Assembly (NCBI GenBank): GCA_951406725.2
Contig: OX597830.1
Location: forward strand, 40,610,001-40,674,000
Source of the DNA: Octopus vulgaris
Lineage: Eukaryota
Reading direction: 5' to 3'
Length of the DNA: 64,000 nucleotides
The notes below the pieces were generated by a model. It saw only the letters and a list, made by a program, of their open reading frames with translations. It was not told the origin of the DNA and searched no databases. Within the stretch, counting starts at the first letter, position 1, and the number at the start of each line of letters is the position of its first letter. This document shows positions 40,277-53,700 of this stretch, piece by piece. Position numbers and translations under genes: made by a program.

Positions 40277-41073
40277 GTTATTATCTGATTTTTTTAAAAA
40301 TACTTTTATTTTCAGTTGAGATTGTTTTCCTTTTATGGATACTGTCAAATTTAGCCTGAATATCTTGATTCCTGATATACAAAATGTTTAGGATGATCTT
40401 GGTAAAAAAACTTTTCATCACAGATAAGTGTATGTGGCTAGGGCTGATCTGAGGTAGGTTTAATTTTAAAAACTTCATTTGCAGACATGACTGTGTGGTA
40501 AAACACTTCTCAAGCCACTTAGCTAAATGAAAGAGAAACATGTTAACATCACTTGCCCAAGGAGGCTAAAACCCAATTGCTACCATTTTAAGATTTTTGA
40601 ACTCATGACCACCTTGAGCTCAGTGGAACACAACTTTCTAGTTCAATTCATTTCACAGCTATTTTGTGGTTCAAAAGAAAGTAGGGAAAATCAACTGCAC
40701 AGAATTGCAGAGAATTCTAGTTAAAGTAATAAAGTCAATCATAAATACATTACAAATATTCTTCAGTAATCAAATCCAACACAAATCTTTCTGCCATTCT
40801 TATCTGAGTTTTCAGCATTAATCATAGGAGACATTTTATTATCAGAAATCTCAAACTGAAACCAAAAATATGAAAAGAACAACCACAGCAGCAACAACAA
40901 CAACAATCAAAAGAAAGAAGTATGCAGCAAATTAAACACATACACATACACACAATACACATACACATAAACATACAACACAAAACACAGACACAAAATA
41001 CATGTACACACACAGTTCTATTCACTGTATGTTACTTCAAAAAGGCTTTTGCTGCTTAAACTTCAATATGAAT

Positions 41074-41156
<83 letters not shown>

Positions 41157-41776
41157 TATATATATGTATGTATGTATGTACATATATGCATGTGTGCATG
41201 TGTGACTGTATACATATTATATACATATGCATGTTTCTATCTTTCAATACATATATCCAAACATATAGGTATTGGTAGTTAGCTACAGAAATGAATATAT
41301 ATATACATGGATTGTCATATATATACATACATACATACAAACATACATACACACAAACACACACACATAAATACACAAACATACACACATGTACATATAT
41401 ATATATGTGTATATATATATGTGTGTGTGTGTATATATATATATGTAATACAATTTATATCAAGAAACGGTGTATTAAAAACTAATCATAAATATTTTTG
41501 CTTGAATATTTTTAATAAAAACGAGATTTAATAAATGACTTTTTCATTTACAATTTGGCACATTATTTTTTAGTATTTCTATCTTAATAGCTTTTAATTA
41601 TTCAGATATTTTTCACATTCAAATGTTGCATTTATATATATATATATATATATATACATACACATATATACACAGATATATATATACACACAGACACACA
41701 CACACATATATACATACATATATAGATATATATAGATATTCGCATACATATACACATACATATATATACGTACACA

Positions 41777-41832
<56 letters not shown>

Positions 41833-42927
41833 CATATACATACAGATGTAAGTACACGCATACACACATACATTCATATTTCATTTGTTATAAATCATAA
41901 AAAAATGCAAGTCTTAAATATTTCTTAAAAGGTTTGATTTGAATAATATAATCTTTTGCCATTTTGCTTTTTATATACATACTTTTTAAAGTTAAAAAAA
42001 ATAATAAATAAAGATTAGCGCTTGTTTGTTTTTATAATTATTGGCACATTTAAAGAAAGGACTGATCCACCCCCACCCCCCTTCACATATGTCTACTATA
42101 TAAAATAGTGCAGGCATAAAATTATACATAATTATTCTCTGTGTGGAATAAAACACATACGCATATATATTTTCATATACATATTTACTTTGGGTAACAC
42201 AAAAACAAACAAAAAAAATGCAACAAAGGGTAAATATAGTATAAAATATTGAAATATGTAACATTATTCATCCAACAAACTAGTCCATTATGAATCTTTG
42301 TCAAGGAAAATATAAGAAAAATGAAAAGAGTGAAAAAAAATTTTTTTTTCTAAATCAAATTTTGTTGTTTATCTTTTTTCCTTCTTAATATGTAAATATT
42401 AAAATTTTCTTCATTATTTCATTCTGTTTCTTTTGTTACCACTTCATTTTTTTATTTTTATTTATTTTACTGCAAACCTGATCATGTGATTAGGAATTAT
42501 TGGTTGGGAACTATTGTGGTTTTGTTATTTTTTTTCTCTTACTAATATTTAATAAGTGACAGCAGGCTACACACACACACGCACACAGAATATGATATAG
42601 TCCATTAAAGAAAATACATCGTAACCTCAAGTTTCATGTCCTGAAAATGCTAAGCAATCATTAGACAATAACCTTAAACTTATCCTTGAAATGCCTGTGA
42701 CATATATGTTGCTTGTATGTGGAATTTCTGGTGGTGCATTCTGGGTTATAAGTTGTATATGGTATAACTATTTGCATACCAATATTGTTAGGGTAGGTTA
42801 TTTTACTTTCATAGTAAGAAAGATTTTATAAATATTCTTTAATTTAAAAATATATTTTTAAAATAATTTTGTATTTTACATATTCAAAAATTTAAATATA
42901 TTATACATACACATATATATGTATATG

Positions 42928-42969
<42 letters not shown>

Positions 42970-42990
42970 AAATTTAAGAGATGGAGATAA

Positions 42991-43032
42991 CCTGGAAGAT
43001 TTCATTGCCTCTTGGCAAAAACGGCCGTAAGG
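42991..43032 (+). ncRNA. Strongly degenerate hammerhead-like motif in a (TA)n-flanked fragment (about 42966-43285)
   Basis: cct gGAAGA tttca TTGCC tctt GGCAA AAAC GGCC GTA agg. Confidence 0.4.
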
Positions 43033-43311
43033 AACTAGCACCTGCATACCCATTCAGTTTATTGCCAATTTGCTCTTTTTCTCAATTGTTCATTTGTTTC
43101 TATATGCTTGTTTTCACACCCTTGCTTATGCAGTTACCAGATTTTTCCACTCACTAATCTGTACCACTCATACATGTGTGTGTATTCATCTAGTACATCT
43201 GAATAAATAGACATGCTGAAATGTTTACCGGCTGATATCTATCGATTTTATACCCTCTCCATTTTCTTATTTGCCACATATATATATATGGCCAACCCAT
43301 GCCAGCAAACC

Positions 43312-43820
43312 CAGGTGGAACAAAATGCCACCATAACTATTGAGGAATTAAGAGAAACTTGGATTTGGTCATTCAACCAATCATTGATACCTGTGCTAGA
43401 AGAAAATAACTATTTTTGGTTTCAAAACGAAAGGTGTTCTTCCACCAGGATAATGCTCAACCACATATCACAGGGATGATATTCCAAAGGCTGGCGCAGT
43501 TTGATTGGGAAACAATGCCCCAACCACCATATTCGCTGGACATTGCCCCATCTGATTATCATTTATTCCACAATCTTCAAATCATTTGGACAGAAAACAT
43601 ATGAATTCTGTAGATGAGGTCAGAACAGTACTAGAGGAGTATTTTTCATCACAGACAAGTGAATTTTGGAAGAGGGGCCTTGCAATTCTACCAGCTAGAT
43701 GAAAGGGTATTGTAGAAAATGAAGAAGAGTATATTTTAGATTAAAAAAGAACTTTGTTTATCTTAATTTTGAAAAATAAAAGTATTAAAAAAACCACATT
43801 ATTTATAGGATGACCCAGTA
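43312..43820 (+). mobile_element. Decayed mariner (DD34D) 3' portion with right TIR
   Basis: KRKVFFHQDNAQPH..FDWETMPQPPYSLDIAPSDYHLF..YFSSQTSEFWKRGLAILPAR. Ends cattatttataggatgacccagta. Confidence 0.85.
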
Positions 43821-44200
43821 CTAAAAGTTAAAATTAAGAAATTGGAAGAATATAATAACTTGGTTTCAAATTTTGGCACAAAGCCAGCAATTTGGGGGGA
43901 GGTGATGAGTCAATAACATCTACCCCAGTGCTCAACTGGTACTTATTTTATCGACCCTGAAAGAATGCAAGGTAACCTTGACCAAATTTGAACAAAAAAC
44001 ATAAAGATGGATGGAACATCACTTAACATTTTGCCCCGTGTATGAACAATTCTGCTAGTTCTCTGCCTTAAGATAAATACAAAAAACTGCCATGGATAAA
44101 GGGCCAAGAATAATTATTTATTTTTATTTCATAGAGTGGTGTTTGATAGCTGAGCTGTTTCTTCACTAGTGCTTTAGTCAGATAATATAAGCTCAGTGTT

Positions 44201-44434
44201 AAGGTAGTGAGCTGACAGAATCATTAGCACGCCGGGCGAAATGCTTAGCAGTATTTTGTCTGCTGTTACATTCTGAGTTCCAACTCCACCAAGGTTGACT
44301 TCACCTTTCATCCTTTTGGGGTCGATTAAATAAACACCAATTATGCACTGGGGTTGATGTAATCAACTTAAATCCTTTGTTTGTCCTTGTTTGTCCCCTC
44401 TATGTTTAGCCCCTTTGTGGGCAATAAAGAAGCA
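44201..44434 (+). mobile_element. SINE B with a 17-bp TSD (1 mismatch)
   Basis: aatataagctca(g/c)tgtt flanks both sides. Another B copy lies at about 43875-44070 (-). Confidence 0.85.
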
Positions 44435-44694
44435 AATATAAGCTCACTGTTGCAAATCACATCCTAGAACAATGACTATTATGACCAGACTTACTAGTTT
44501 TGGAATGTATTGATATCAATGATAACCACAAAGAGCTGCCAGTTGTAGCCTGGTAGAAATACTACCAAAGAATACATCATCTTTTAACCATTATGCAGTT
44601 GAGATAAACCCCTCTCTGACACAACACAATGGCAATTGAACAGAGAAGACAAGAATACACAATTAGTACATGAACTACAATTTTACCTATGATA

Positions 44695-45129
44695 GTGCCA
44701 AGTAAAAAGCCCCCATGCTTGTGCCACATATCAAACACTCATGCTGGTGCCACATAAAAAGCAACCAATGCACTCTGCAAAATGGTTGGCATTAGGAAGA
44801 GCATCCTGCTGTAGAAACAACAAAATAGATAAGTGTCAAAATAGATAAGTGGAGCCTGGTGAAGTTCTCCATCTTGCAAGCTCTGGTCAAACTGTCCAAC
44901 CCATGCCAACATGGAAAATGGACATTTTACTCTTTTACTCGTTTCAGTCATTTGACTGTGGCCATGCTGGAGCACCACCTTTAGTCGAAGAAATCAACTT
45001 AGTCTTTGTGAGCCTTGTACTTATTCTATTGTTCTCTTTTGCCGAACTGCTAAGCTTCAGAGATGTAAACACACCAACATCAGTTGTCAGGCAATGGTGG
45101 GGGACAAATACAGACACAAAGACACACAC

Positions 45130-45187
<58 letters not shown>

Positions 45188-45348
45188 GATGGGCTTCTTT
45201 CAGTTACCATCTGCCAAATCCACTCACAAGGCTTTGGTCAGCCTGAGGCTATAGTAGAAGTCACTTGCCCAAGGTGTGATGCAGTGGAACTGAACCTGGA
45301 ACCATGTGGTTGGGAAGCAAGCTTTTTACCACACAGGCACTCCTGCAT
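44695..45348. mobile_element. Family C 3' part (+44695-44925) abutting a full SINE A (-44926-45348)
   Basis: Colinear with other C and A copies. Confidence 0.8.
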
Positions 45349-45696
45349 CTGATGATGATGATGATGATGATGAAAATGGTGGTAACCAGGCAAGTGAGCA
45401 ACAATGAGAGCCAATACCACTCACTGAACAGATGATTATGTGAATGAGAGAGATATTGAAAACAGGAATGAAATAATACGGACTTCATTATAAAGAAGTA
45501 AAATCTGCACAACTATCGGAAGCCATAAAAACGTTGCTCCATAACTGATGAAGGTTATAATGTACAAAGAATGGAGATTGGCAGAAAAAGAAAATCTAGC
45601 AACAGATGAGTTTGCTGAATTTCCATCTTAATGCTACAGTTTCATGAAGAAGCATGACATAAGCATGAGAGTAAATGTTTTATGTAAGAAGAATAG

Positions 45697-46264
45697 AAAA
45701 AAAACGTGGATGGCTGCTGGCCATGTGGTAACTGTTACGAGACAAGTGAATGGACCTATTGTTTCACAGGTGTGTAAATGGGGTAAGTCATCATGGGCAG
45801 TTGGGTGAGTAGAAATAACAGCCATGGTATATTCTTTTCTACTCTAAGCACAAGGCCCAAAATTTTGGGAGAGGGGGGGGCAATCGATTAGATTGATCCC
45901 AGTACACAACTGGTACTTAATCTATCGACCCCTGAAAGGATGAAAAAAAGGATGAAAAAAAAAAGGATGAAAAAAAGGATGAAAAAAGGATGAAAAAAAG
46001 GATGGAAAAAGGATGAAAAAAAACGTGGATGGTTGCTGGGCATGTGGTAACTGTTGTGAGACAACCAGCTGGACCTATTGTTTTAGAGGTGTGTAAATGG
46101 GGAAAGTCAACATGGGCAGTTGTGTGAGTAGAAATAACAGCCATGGTATATTCTTTTCTACTCTAGGCACAAGGCCCAAAATTTTGGGGGAGAGGGGCCA
46201 GTCGATTAGATCGACCCCAGTACGCAACTGGTACTTAATTTATCGACCCCCCGAAAGGATGAAA
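45697..46264 (+). repeat. Local direct duplication of about 250 bp separated by a (GGATGA5-9)n array
   Basis: aaaacgtggatgg.tgctgg.catgtggtaactgtt...gaaaggatgaaa at about 45697-45945 and 46016-46264. Confidence 0.85.
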
Positions 46265-46357
46265 GGCAAACCTGACCTCAGTGGAATTTGAACTCAGAAC
46301 GTAATACCGCTAAGCATTTCGCCTGGCATGCTAACGATTCTGCCAGCTGGCCACCTT
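46153..46357 (-). mobile_element. SINE B with a perfect 16-bp TSD
   Basis: acagccatggtatatt at 46137-46152 and 46358-46373. Confidence 0.9.
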
Positions 46358-46402
46358 ACAGCCATGGTATATTAATAAAAAGAGTGGAATCAGTAATGTG
46401 AA

Positions 46403-46473
46403 GGGCATATGGCGTAGTGGTTAAGAGCACAGGCTACTAACCCCAAGATTCTGAGCTTGATTCCAGGTAGGGA

Positions 46474-46509
<36 letters not shown>

Positions 46510-46713
46510 TAATAATAATAATATTAATAATATTGAAAAATACCTAAGGAATGAGAACCCAGGTTCGAAATTTCCCCAAGACTCGTGATGAAGGCTGGAG
46601 GGTATATCAGTCGAAACGTTGTGTTAACAACAAACAAAATGAGGACAAATATCCGTCAAAGGTAAATAAAGTAAATAATGTACATAATTCCTCATCTCTT
46701 AAATATAGAACTG
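46403..46713 (+). mobile_element. Family D monomer (tRNA head, (AAT)n, hammerhead-like motif at 46580-46625, full tail)
   Basis: GGGCATATGGCGTAGTGGTTAAGAGC..(AAT)n..gactc GTGATGA A GGCTG..CAGTC GAAA CG TT gtgtt..ctcatctcttaaatatagaactg. Confidence 0.85.
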
Positions 46714-47399
46714 AATGGTTAACTTCTCTAGGAAGATTGTGATGACCAAGGAACTGCTGGAAGCAATGGCAACAGTGAAGATATCAATGGTGATTGGTGT
46801 GTCAATAGACATTATATTTAAGGGACAGCAAACTAAACACAAAATCTTCAGTTATTCCACATTAAACATTAGTCTTTAGTTGTGCTCATCTGGCAGTGAT
46901 CAATCATCATCATCATCATTTAATGTCCGTTTTCCATGCCGGCATGGGTTGAACAGTTTTACAGGAGCTGGCAAGGCCTGGGGCCACACCACATTCCAAT
47001 ATCTGTCTTGACATGGTTTCTACAGCTGTATGCCCTTCCTAACACCAACCACTTTACAGAGCATATTAGGTGTTTTTTTATATGGCAATATCACCAGTGC
47101 TTTTTATGTGGTACCCTCACCGATCCATTTTGGGTGTTAGGGGAAGAAAGTGGGTGGGGGAGAAGGTTGATGGAGCAGAGCTCCTCATGGACAAGTATTA
47201 CTATGAATTACTATCTATTTTATTACTATCTAATTTATTCATTTATTGTTCTAATTCTATTTACCTACCTTATCTTTTCTCCAATCAATCTGCAAACCCC
47301 TTGCCCAAACATATAATAATACAATTCATAAACAGTATCATTCAATCTGCTATAATGAATCCATAAACACATATAAAACACCCAAGGGTATATTTTTTC

Positions 47400-47483
47400 C
47401 CCTCTGAAGATGTTATGCTCAGGTCATATAAATTTAATATTTAGATTATATTTACTGAGCATTAATTGAAACAGCTGTAAGGG
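47400..47483 (+). ncRNA. Type I hammerhead-like motif (PLE-type, palindromic stem III)
   Basis: ccct CTGAAGA tgtt ATGCTCAG [AT-rich loop] CTGAGCAT taatt GAAA C AGCT GTA aggg. Confidence 0.7.
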
Positions 47484-47719
47484 ATAATGATTAAGTTGCT
47501 GTTAATAATAAACAATTAACTTTCTAATCCCCATTTTCTTTTTCTTCTTTTATATAAATATAAACTATAAGTTTTTATATATATACCTATTATTTTAAAG
47601 AAATTAATTACCCAAAAATACTAAGTATTGAACCAGTATTTCCTTGCATGAAAACCATCCTTTCATGAGGTTAACACAACCGCTAATCAAAAGAATATAT
47701 ATATGTATATATATATATA

Positions 47720-47974
47720 TCATCATCATCATCATTTAGCGTCCGCTTTCCATGCTAGCATGGGTTGGACGGTTCAACTGGGGTCTGTGAAGTCAGAAGG
47801 CTGCATCAGGCCCAGTCTGATCTGGCAGTGTTTCTACGGCTGGATGCCCTTCCTAACACCAACCACTCCATGAGTGTAGTAGGTGCTTTTTACGTGCCAC
47901 CCGCACAGGTGCCAGACGGAGCTGGCAAACGGCCACGGACGGATGGTACTTTTTACATGCCACCGGCACGGGGA

Positions 47975-47975
<1 letters not shown>
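47720..47975 (-). mobile_element. Family C, well preserved
   Basis: (CAT)n then TTAGCGTCCGCTTTCCATGCTAGCATGGGTTGGACGG..GGATGCCCTTCCTAACACCAACC. Similar copies at 51675-51845, 51933-52085 and 59350-59640 (-). Confidence 0.85.
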
Positions 47976-48006
<31 letters not shown>

Positions 48007-48563
48007 ACTCAAAGATAGAACAGAAAAAAACACAACAAACTGAAACTGCTAAAACACAACTTGCAGGTAAAGGACAAAAGCCTGACAACAGCAAACAGGA
48101 CAAACCAACATACATGGATCATTCGCAGCCAATTGTCTCTTCAGTCGAAATCCGAAATGTCCACATGGCTTCGCCCATTTATTTTCGATACTACTCGAAA
48201 CCGGCTGGGCCAAGACCTCAAGCTAAAAGCATTAAGCCCCTGGGAAAGGCAAACAAATGCACATATATGGAAACTAATAAGTAAATAACAGAAAGGGTCT
48301 TTCGACTATTGGATGAACGTAACACATGAAATAGAATTATACATTTACAACGGACAAATGCTTTTCGGCTGTAGAACAAAAGGAAAATAATTATACAATT
48401 ACAACTTGACTATCAGATGAGTTTAGTAAGCTAGTGAATAGGAAAATGGAAAAAAATATTAAGTGACTGGGTGGCAGGACAGAACAGAACAGAACAGACA
48501 CAACTGACCTCAACAGCGACCGGCCGAAAAAGAACGACAATTCCTGAACTGGACAGCGATATA

Positions 48564-48960
48564 TAGGTGTAGGTATGGCTGTGTGGTAAGAAGTTTGCTT
48601 CCAAACCACACGGTTCTATGTTCAGTCTCACTGTGTGCCACCTTGGTCAAGTGTCTTCTAATTTAGCCTCAGGTTGATCAAAGCTTTGAGTGAATTTGGT
48701 AACAGATGGAAACTAAAAGAAGCCCATCATGTGTGTATCTGTGTGTGTGTGTCTGTGTTTGTTCCCCACCATTGTTTGACAACCAGGGTTGATATGTTTA
48801 CATCCCTAGAACTTAGCACTTCAGCTAAAGAGACTGACAATAAGTCCCAGGCTTTACAAAAAATAAAAAGTACCGAGGTTGATCCAGTTCAACTAAAATC
48901 CTTCTAGGCTGTGCCCCAGCATGGCCACAGTCTAATGCCTGAAACAAATAAAACATAAAA
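48564..48960 (+). mobile_element. SINE family A
   Basis: Colinear with the other A copies. Confidence 0.8.
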
Positions 48961-50280
48961 TAAATACATCCCCTCGAAATAAGTGACCTTCTGTCCAAAT
49001 TAGAAACCTTATCATTAGAAATACTATTATGGGCAGCTCTGGAGTAAAAATGCTGGAAGCGGATTATAATCCTGACAAGCAACTCATTGCAATGCCTCTA
49101 TTCTCTTCATTCTATTCCCAAGAGGGCAAATTTTACCTCACATCTCTCTGGCAGGGAGATAAAATAAGCACCAGCCATCTAGTGAAATCAATTTAGTCAA
49201 GTGTACCATCTTTAAAAAGCTCTGGCACTGTGTCAATATAAGAAATCACTATTATTAGCACTGTTGCATTCTTGGATTTGTTTATGCTAAATTCCTATCA
49301 ACTATATTGACTAATTCTTTGCAGGCCTTCCTTCAACAGCATTTTATTCCTCACAAAATACAAACAGTTTTGGATTGTTTTTGCTTTTTCCATGTGTGTG
49401 GGTTTGTGTATTTGTTTATCTGTATGGTGTATGTGTGTTTTCTGCAAGGATATGAAGAACATGCTATTAGTAAGAGGTGTCAACTGTCTTAAGCACTACA
49501 GAATTTAATAATTCATACAAATTTAATTCATCTCCAGAATAACCTATAAATGATGCATCTACAATTTCAGCAAGAAAGGAATCATTCTCAACTTGATGGA
49601 ATGATGTGTGTGTATGTGTGTGTGCATGTATATGTATGTGTGTGTGTGTGTTTGCAAGTGTGTGGGAGTAAGTATATATGTATATTCAAACAGCCAATCA
49701 CTAATGGATATTGAACAGATTGAATAGATAAACATGGATAAATTCTGCTAGCAAACAATATTGAATCCTAAATTCTATGTTTTTACTAGTGCCTTCTTTG
49801 GATTCTCCGCTTTCCACCATTTCTTTTTTGTTTGTTTTCGTTATCTTTTTATGCTTCTTTTACTTTAAGCAAGCCTGCCCTAACATCTCAAAATCTAGTG
49901 ACACATTGTCAATATATCTAGTCTTGTATTTTGAACTTATTTGCCTTCTTCGCTTCATGTATGTAACAGTAACATAATAGGAATAAAACTGGTGCCAACA
50001 TGATTCGGATGCATCTCAATAGATTCCAGGATTCTTCAAATCATAAAATTGTATCTTTTATCTTTTATCTTTAACTTGTATCAGTCATTAGGTTGCGACC
50101 ATGCTGGGGCACCACCTTGAAGACATTTTAGTTGAACGAGTTGGCCCCCAATGCTTATTCTTTTTAAGCCTGGTACTTATTCTATCGGTCTCTTTTGTTG
50201 AACTGCCAAGTTATAAGGATGTAAACTCACCGACACCAGTTGTCAAGTGGTGGGTGGACAAAGACACACACACACATATA

Positions 50281-50990
50281 TACGTGGTCTGATCAATAGG
50301 TATTTGGATTGTTGCCATAGTAACAAAGCTAAAGCACACAAAGTGAAGCTGCTTGGCACAGAGTGACCTTGAACTCTGCTGTGCATCTACACTAAGTTTT
50401 GACATTGTAGCTGACTTCCGCAGTTTACAGCAGTGCTTGGAAGGAATGAGTGTAGCATGTGATCATCGCATTGACCATGACAGAGAAAGTTGAGCAGAGA
50501 ATCTGCATCAAATTTTGCCAAAAGCTTGGTGATACCTGCTCAGAGGCTTATGCAAAGTTTTTAGAAAGTATTCATTGTTCTCGATACAATAACGGAGATC
50601 TTGTGCAACTGAATCCTGAGTGCTTTTTGGTCAGCTGAAAGCAATTTGGATACAAACCTGGCAGATACATGTCTCTTACCCAAATCTTCAGTGATAACTA
50701 TCTTGGAAACATCTAAACCACTTGTACACTTATGTGTGGCTCATACACTCTTCTCCATATACCTTCTGCAGGTATCGTCATGACAACTTTCTCTGTCATG
50801 GTCAATGCGACAATCACACGTTACACACCTTCCTTCCAAGCACTGCTGTAAACAGCAGAAGTGAGCAGGAACGTTAAAACTTAGTGCACATACACAGCAG
50901 AGGCCAAGGTCAATCATTGCCAAGTGGCTTCATTCTGCATGCTTTAGCTTCGTTACTATGGCAACTGTTCAAATACTTATTGATCAGACC

Positions 50991-50995
<5 letters not shown>
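50281..50995. mobile_element. Mariner-derived MITE built from two inverted 5' ends (inverted repeats of about 230 bp)
   Basis: Plus arm encodes MTEKVEQRICIKFCQKLGDTCSEAY. Minus arm encodes MTEKV..LQKVYGEECMS..VYKWF..VITEDLGKRHVSARFVSKLL. Termini ggtctgatcaatag.tattt and aaatacttattgatcagacc sit at TA. Confidence 0.85.
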
Positions 50996-51036
<41 letters not shown>

Positions 51037-51062
51037 CAAATAAGAAAATGGAGGAACAGATT

Positions 51063-51130
<68 letters not shown>

Positions 51131-51132
<2 letters not shown>

Positions 51133-51500
51133 GTCAGGAGTGGCTGTGTGGTGAGTAGCTTGCTTACCAACCACATGGTTCCACGTTCAGCACCACTGCA
51201 TACCACCCTGAGCAAGTGTCTATAGCCTCGGGCTGACCAAAGCCTTGTGAGTGGATTTGGTATACAGAAACTGAAAGAAGCCCATCATATATGTGTGTGG
51301 GGGGCTATATGTGTGCTTGTGTTTGTACTCCTCCCAACATCACTTGACAACTGATGCTGGTGTGTTTACGTGCCCGTAACTTAGCACATCGGCAAATAGA
51401 GACTGAAAGAATAAGTCTTGGTGTCAATTTGCTCAACTAAAAGGTGGTGCTCCCGCACGGCCAGAGTCAAATGACTGAAACAAGTAAAAGAATAAAAGAA
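51131..51500 (+). mobile_element. SINE family A, full length
   Basis: Colinear with the other A copies. Confidence 0.85.
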
Positions 51501-53092
51501 TATATATATATAAATATTATATGGGAAAAAATAAGTTCAAAAGAGAACAATTCAAACTTTTTGAGAGGTCCAAAAAGAGAGAAAAGAATGATTTCTTATA
51601 AAGATTCATCATATTCATAAAAAACAGCAAGAGCAAGTAATAAGAATATGAAAATGGTAGTTGAAAAATATCATTCATCATCATCATCATCATCATCGTT
51701 TAACGTCCGTTCTCCATGCTAGCATGGGTTGGACGGTTCGACCGGGGTTCTGGGAAGCCAGAAGGCTGCACCAGGCTCCAGTCTAATCTGGCAATGTTTC
51801 TACAGCTGGATGCCCTTCCTAACGCCAACCACTCCGTGAGTGTAGGTATAAATATACCATAAACAATTATGTTTTATGTATGTGTTTGTAGGTGTGTGTA
51901 TGTATATATGTATGTATATGTATGTGTATATATCATCATCATCATCATCATCATCGTTTAGCGTCCGTTTTCCATGCTAGCATGGGTTGGACGGTTCAAC
52001 TGGGGTCTGTGAAGCCGGAAGGCTTCATCAGGCCTAGTCAGATCTGGCAGTGTTTCTACGGCTGGATGCCCTTCCTAACGCCAACCTATATATATACACA
52101 CATGTATATGCCCTTCCTAACGCCAACCTATATATATACACACATGTATGTGTGTATGTGTATATATTTTTATTTGCATGTGTGTGTGTGTGTATGTATG
52201 TGCGTGTATGTATATATACTTATATATGTCTTATATGAATACGTACTGCTTTATTTTACTTTTTGTATCTTCCCTCACACTTGCACTCCTGTATGTGTAT
52301 GTGTGAGTGTTTGCACGTTTTCTTTGAGTGTGTGTGTGTATGTGTTGTGTATGTATGTATGTATGTATGTATGTATATGTGTATGACTCTATATCCTTAT
52401 GTGTTAAGTGTACACGTTTTTTCAATCACTTGTAAATTTATAATAATTTTCTCCTTTATATATTCATTTTTTGTTCTACTTTTTTTCTGATTGTCTCCCC
52501 AACCACAGCCTAATTTTTGAGTAAGGTAACTCTTTCGAATACACTGGCCAGTCTTGTCTGTGATCAATGTTTTTTACTTGTTAAATTCTCTTTGTTTTTT
52601 TTTCTGTTTGTATGTACATTTTTACTTAAATATTGTAACATTTTTCAAACATTGTCTTGCCTATCACTTTTAGCCTCATGTAATATATATATATTTTTCG
52701 TTTTTCAATATTAATATGTATATGTATAACACTCTATGGTTTTTTTCTATTAGTGCACCTGTTGCGTTATATTCTACTATACACGTGTGGTGCTGTTGAC
52801 ATTATACATTGTCACGACCCGTTACCATTTTTTTAAACATATCTGTTAGATTTTTATTGTTATTTTTATGTTATTGTTTACTGCACATATAGATGTGCAT
52901 ACACATCAATACGTCTGTCGTTTTTTCTCTTTTGTCTCTCTCACTAATATTATTACTGTTATTTTCTCCCTTTAACATCTTGCTTGTAAATATCAGATTT
53001 TACCCATATTACCCCATTTGTACTCTTCCTTATTGTAGCTTATTTTAATTTATTTTATTAAAGCTTTTTTGATGCCCTTCCAAAAATTCCTA

Positions 53093-53190
53093 ACACTGAT
53101 GAGAATGACAATGCATAAATTTTAATTATAATTACAATGATTATAATTTTTTCTTACATATTTGTATTGTCCTTTAAAACGTGTGTATGT
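53093..53190 (+). ncRNA. CpG-decayed type I hammerhead-like motif at the end of a T-rich PLE-like tract
   Basis: aca CTGATGA gaat GACAATGCA [AT loop] TGTATTGTC cttt aAAA C GTGT GTA tgt. Confidence 0.55.
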
Positions 53191-53379
53191 ATTGAATCCT
53201 ATTTTGTATTAAATCTAATTTTGATGCAACATCTTTTTCTCCTCCATTTTTCTACAATTGTTTATAGTATATTTATACCTATAACGATATTTTTCAACTA
53301 TATATATATATGTATGTTTGTATATATACATACAATTAATGTTTCAATTGAATTAGGTACTTAAATTGAGGCCCCTAAT

Positions 53380-53700
53380 TAGGTTGGAGTAACATGCACT
53401 TAAAAGATTTTGGTGTCTTCATAAAAGATTATGTAATTCAAAATATAAACAATAACAAAGCGTAAAATAAATTTTTATTTTTGAAAATGAAACAAAACAG
53501 TAAGAAGGAAAGTAATGTTTATTTTTGTATACTTCCACTTTATTCATATTTGAAAAGTTTCCTCCAACTTTTTTGAATTGCAAGGTCTTTAATCAGATCC
53601 TCAAAATTAATCTTAAGTAACACATCTGCCTCTATACTTAGTAGAGATAAAGGCATTCCAAATATTATTTTAGCAAGTTTAAAGTGATTTCTTTTGTGCT
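53380..53700 (-). mobile_element. hAT transposase C-terminal (dimerisation domain) remnant
   Basis: ORF 53540..53755 reads LSLLSIEADVLLKINFEDLIKDLAIQKSWRKLFKY. The 3' flank is homologous to 6190-6410. Confidence 0.7.

Noticed and set aside
45541-45575. CTGATGAAGG
   Set aside because: No matching GAAA or paired stems downstream.
46403-46476. Functional tRNA gene (CTACTAA anticodon loop)
   Set aside because: Acceptor and T stems are imperfect, and the sequence is attached to the same (AAT)n and tail in several copies, so it is a SINE head.
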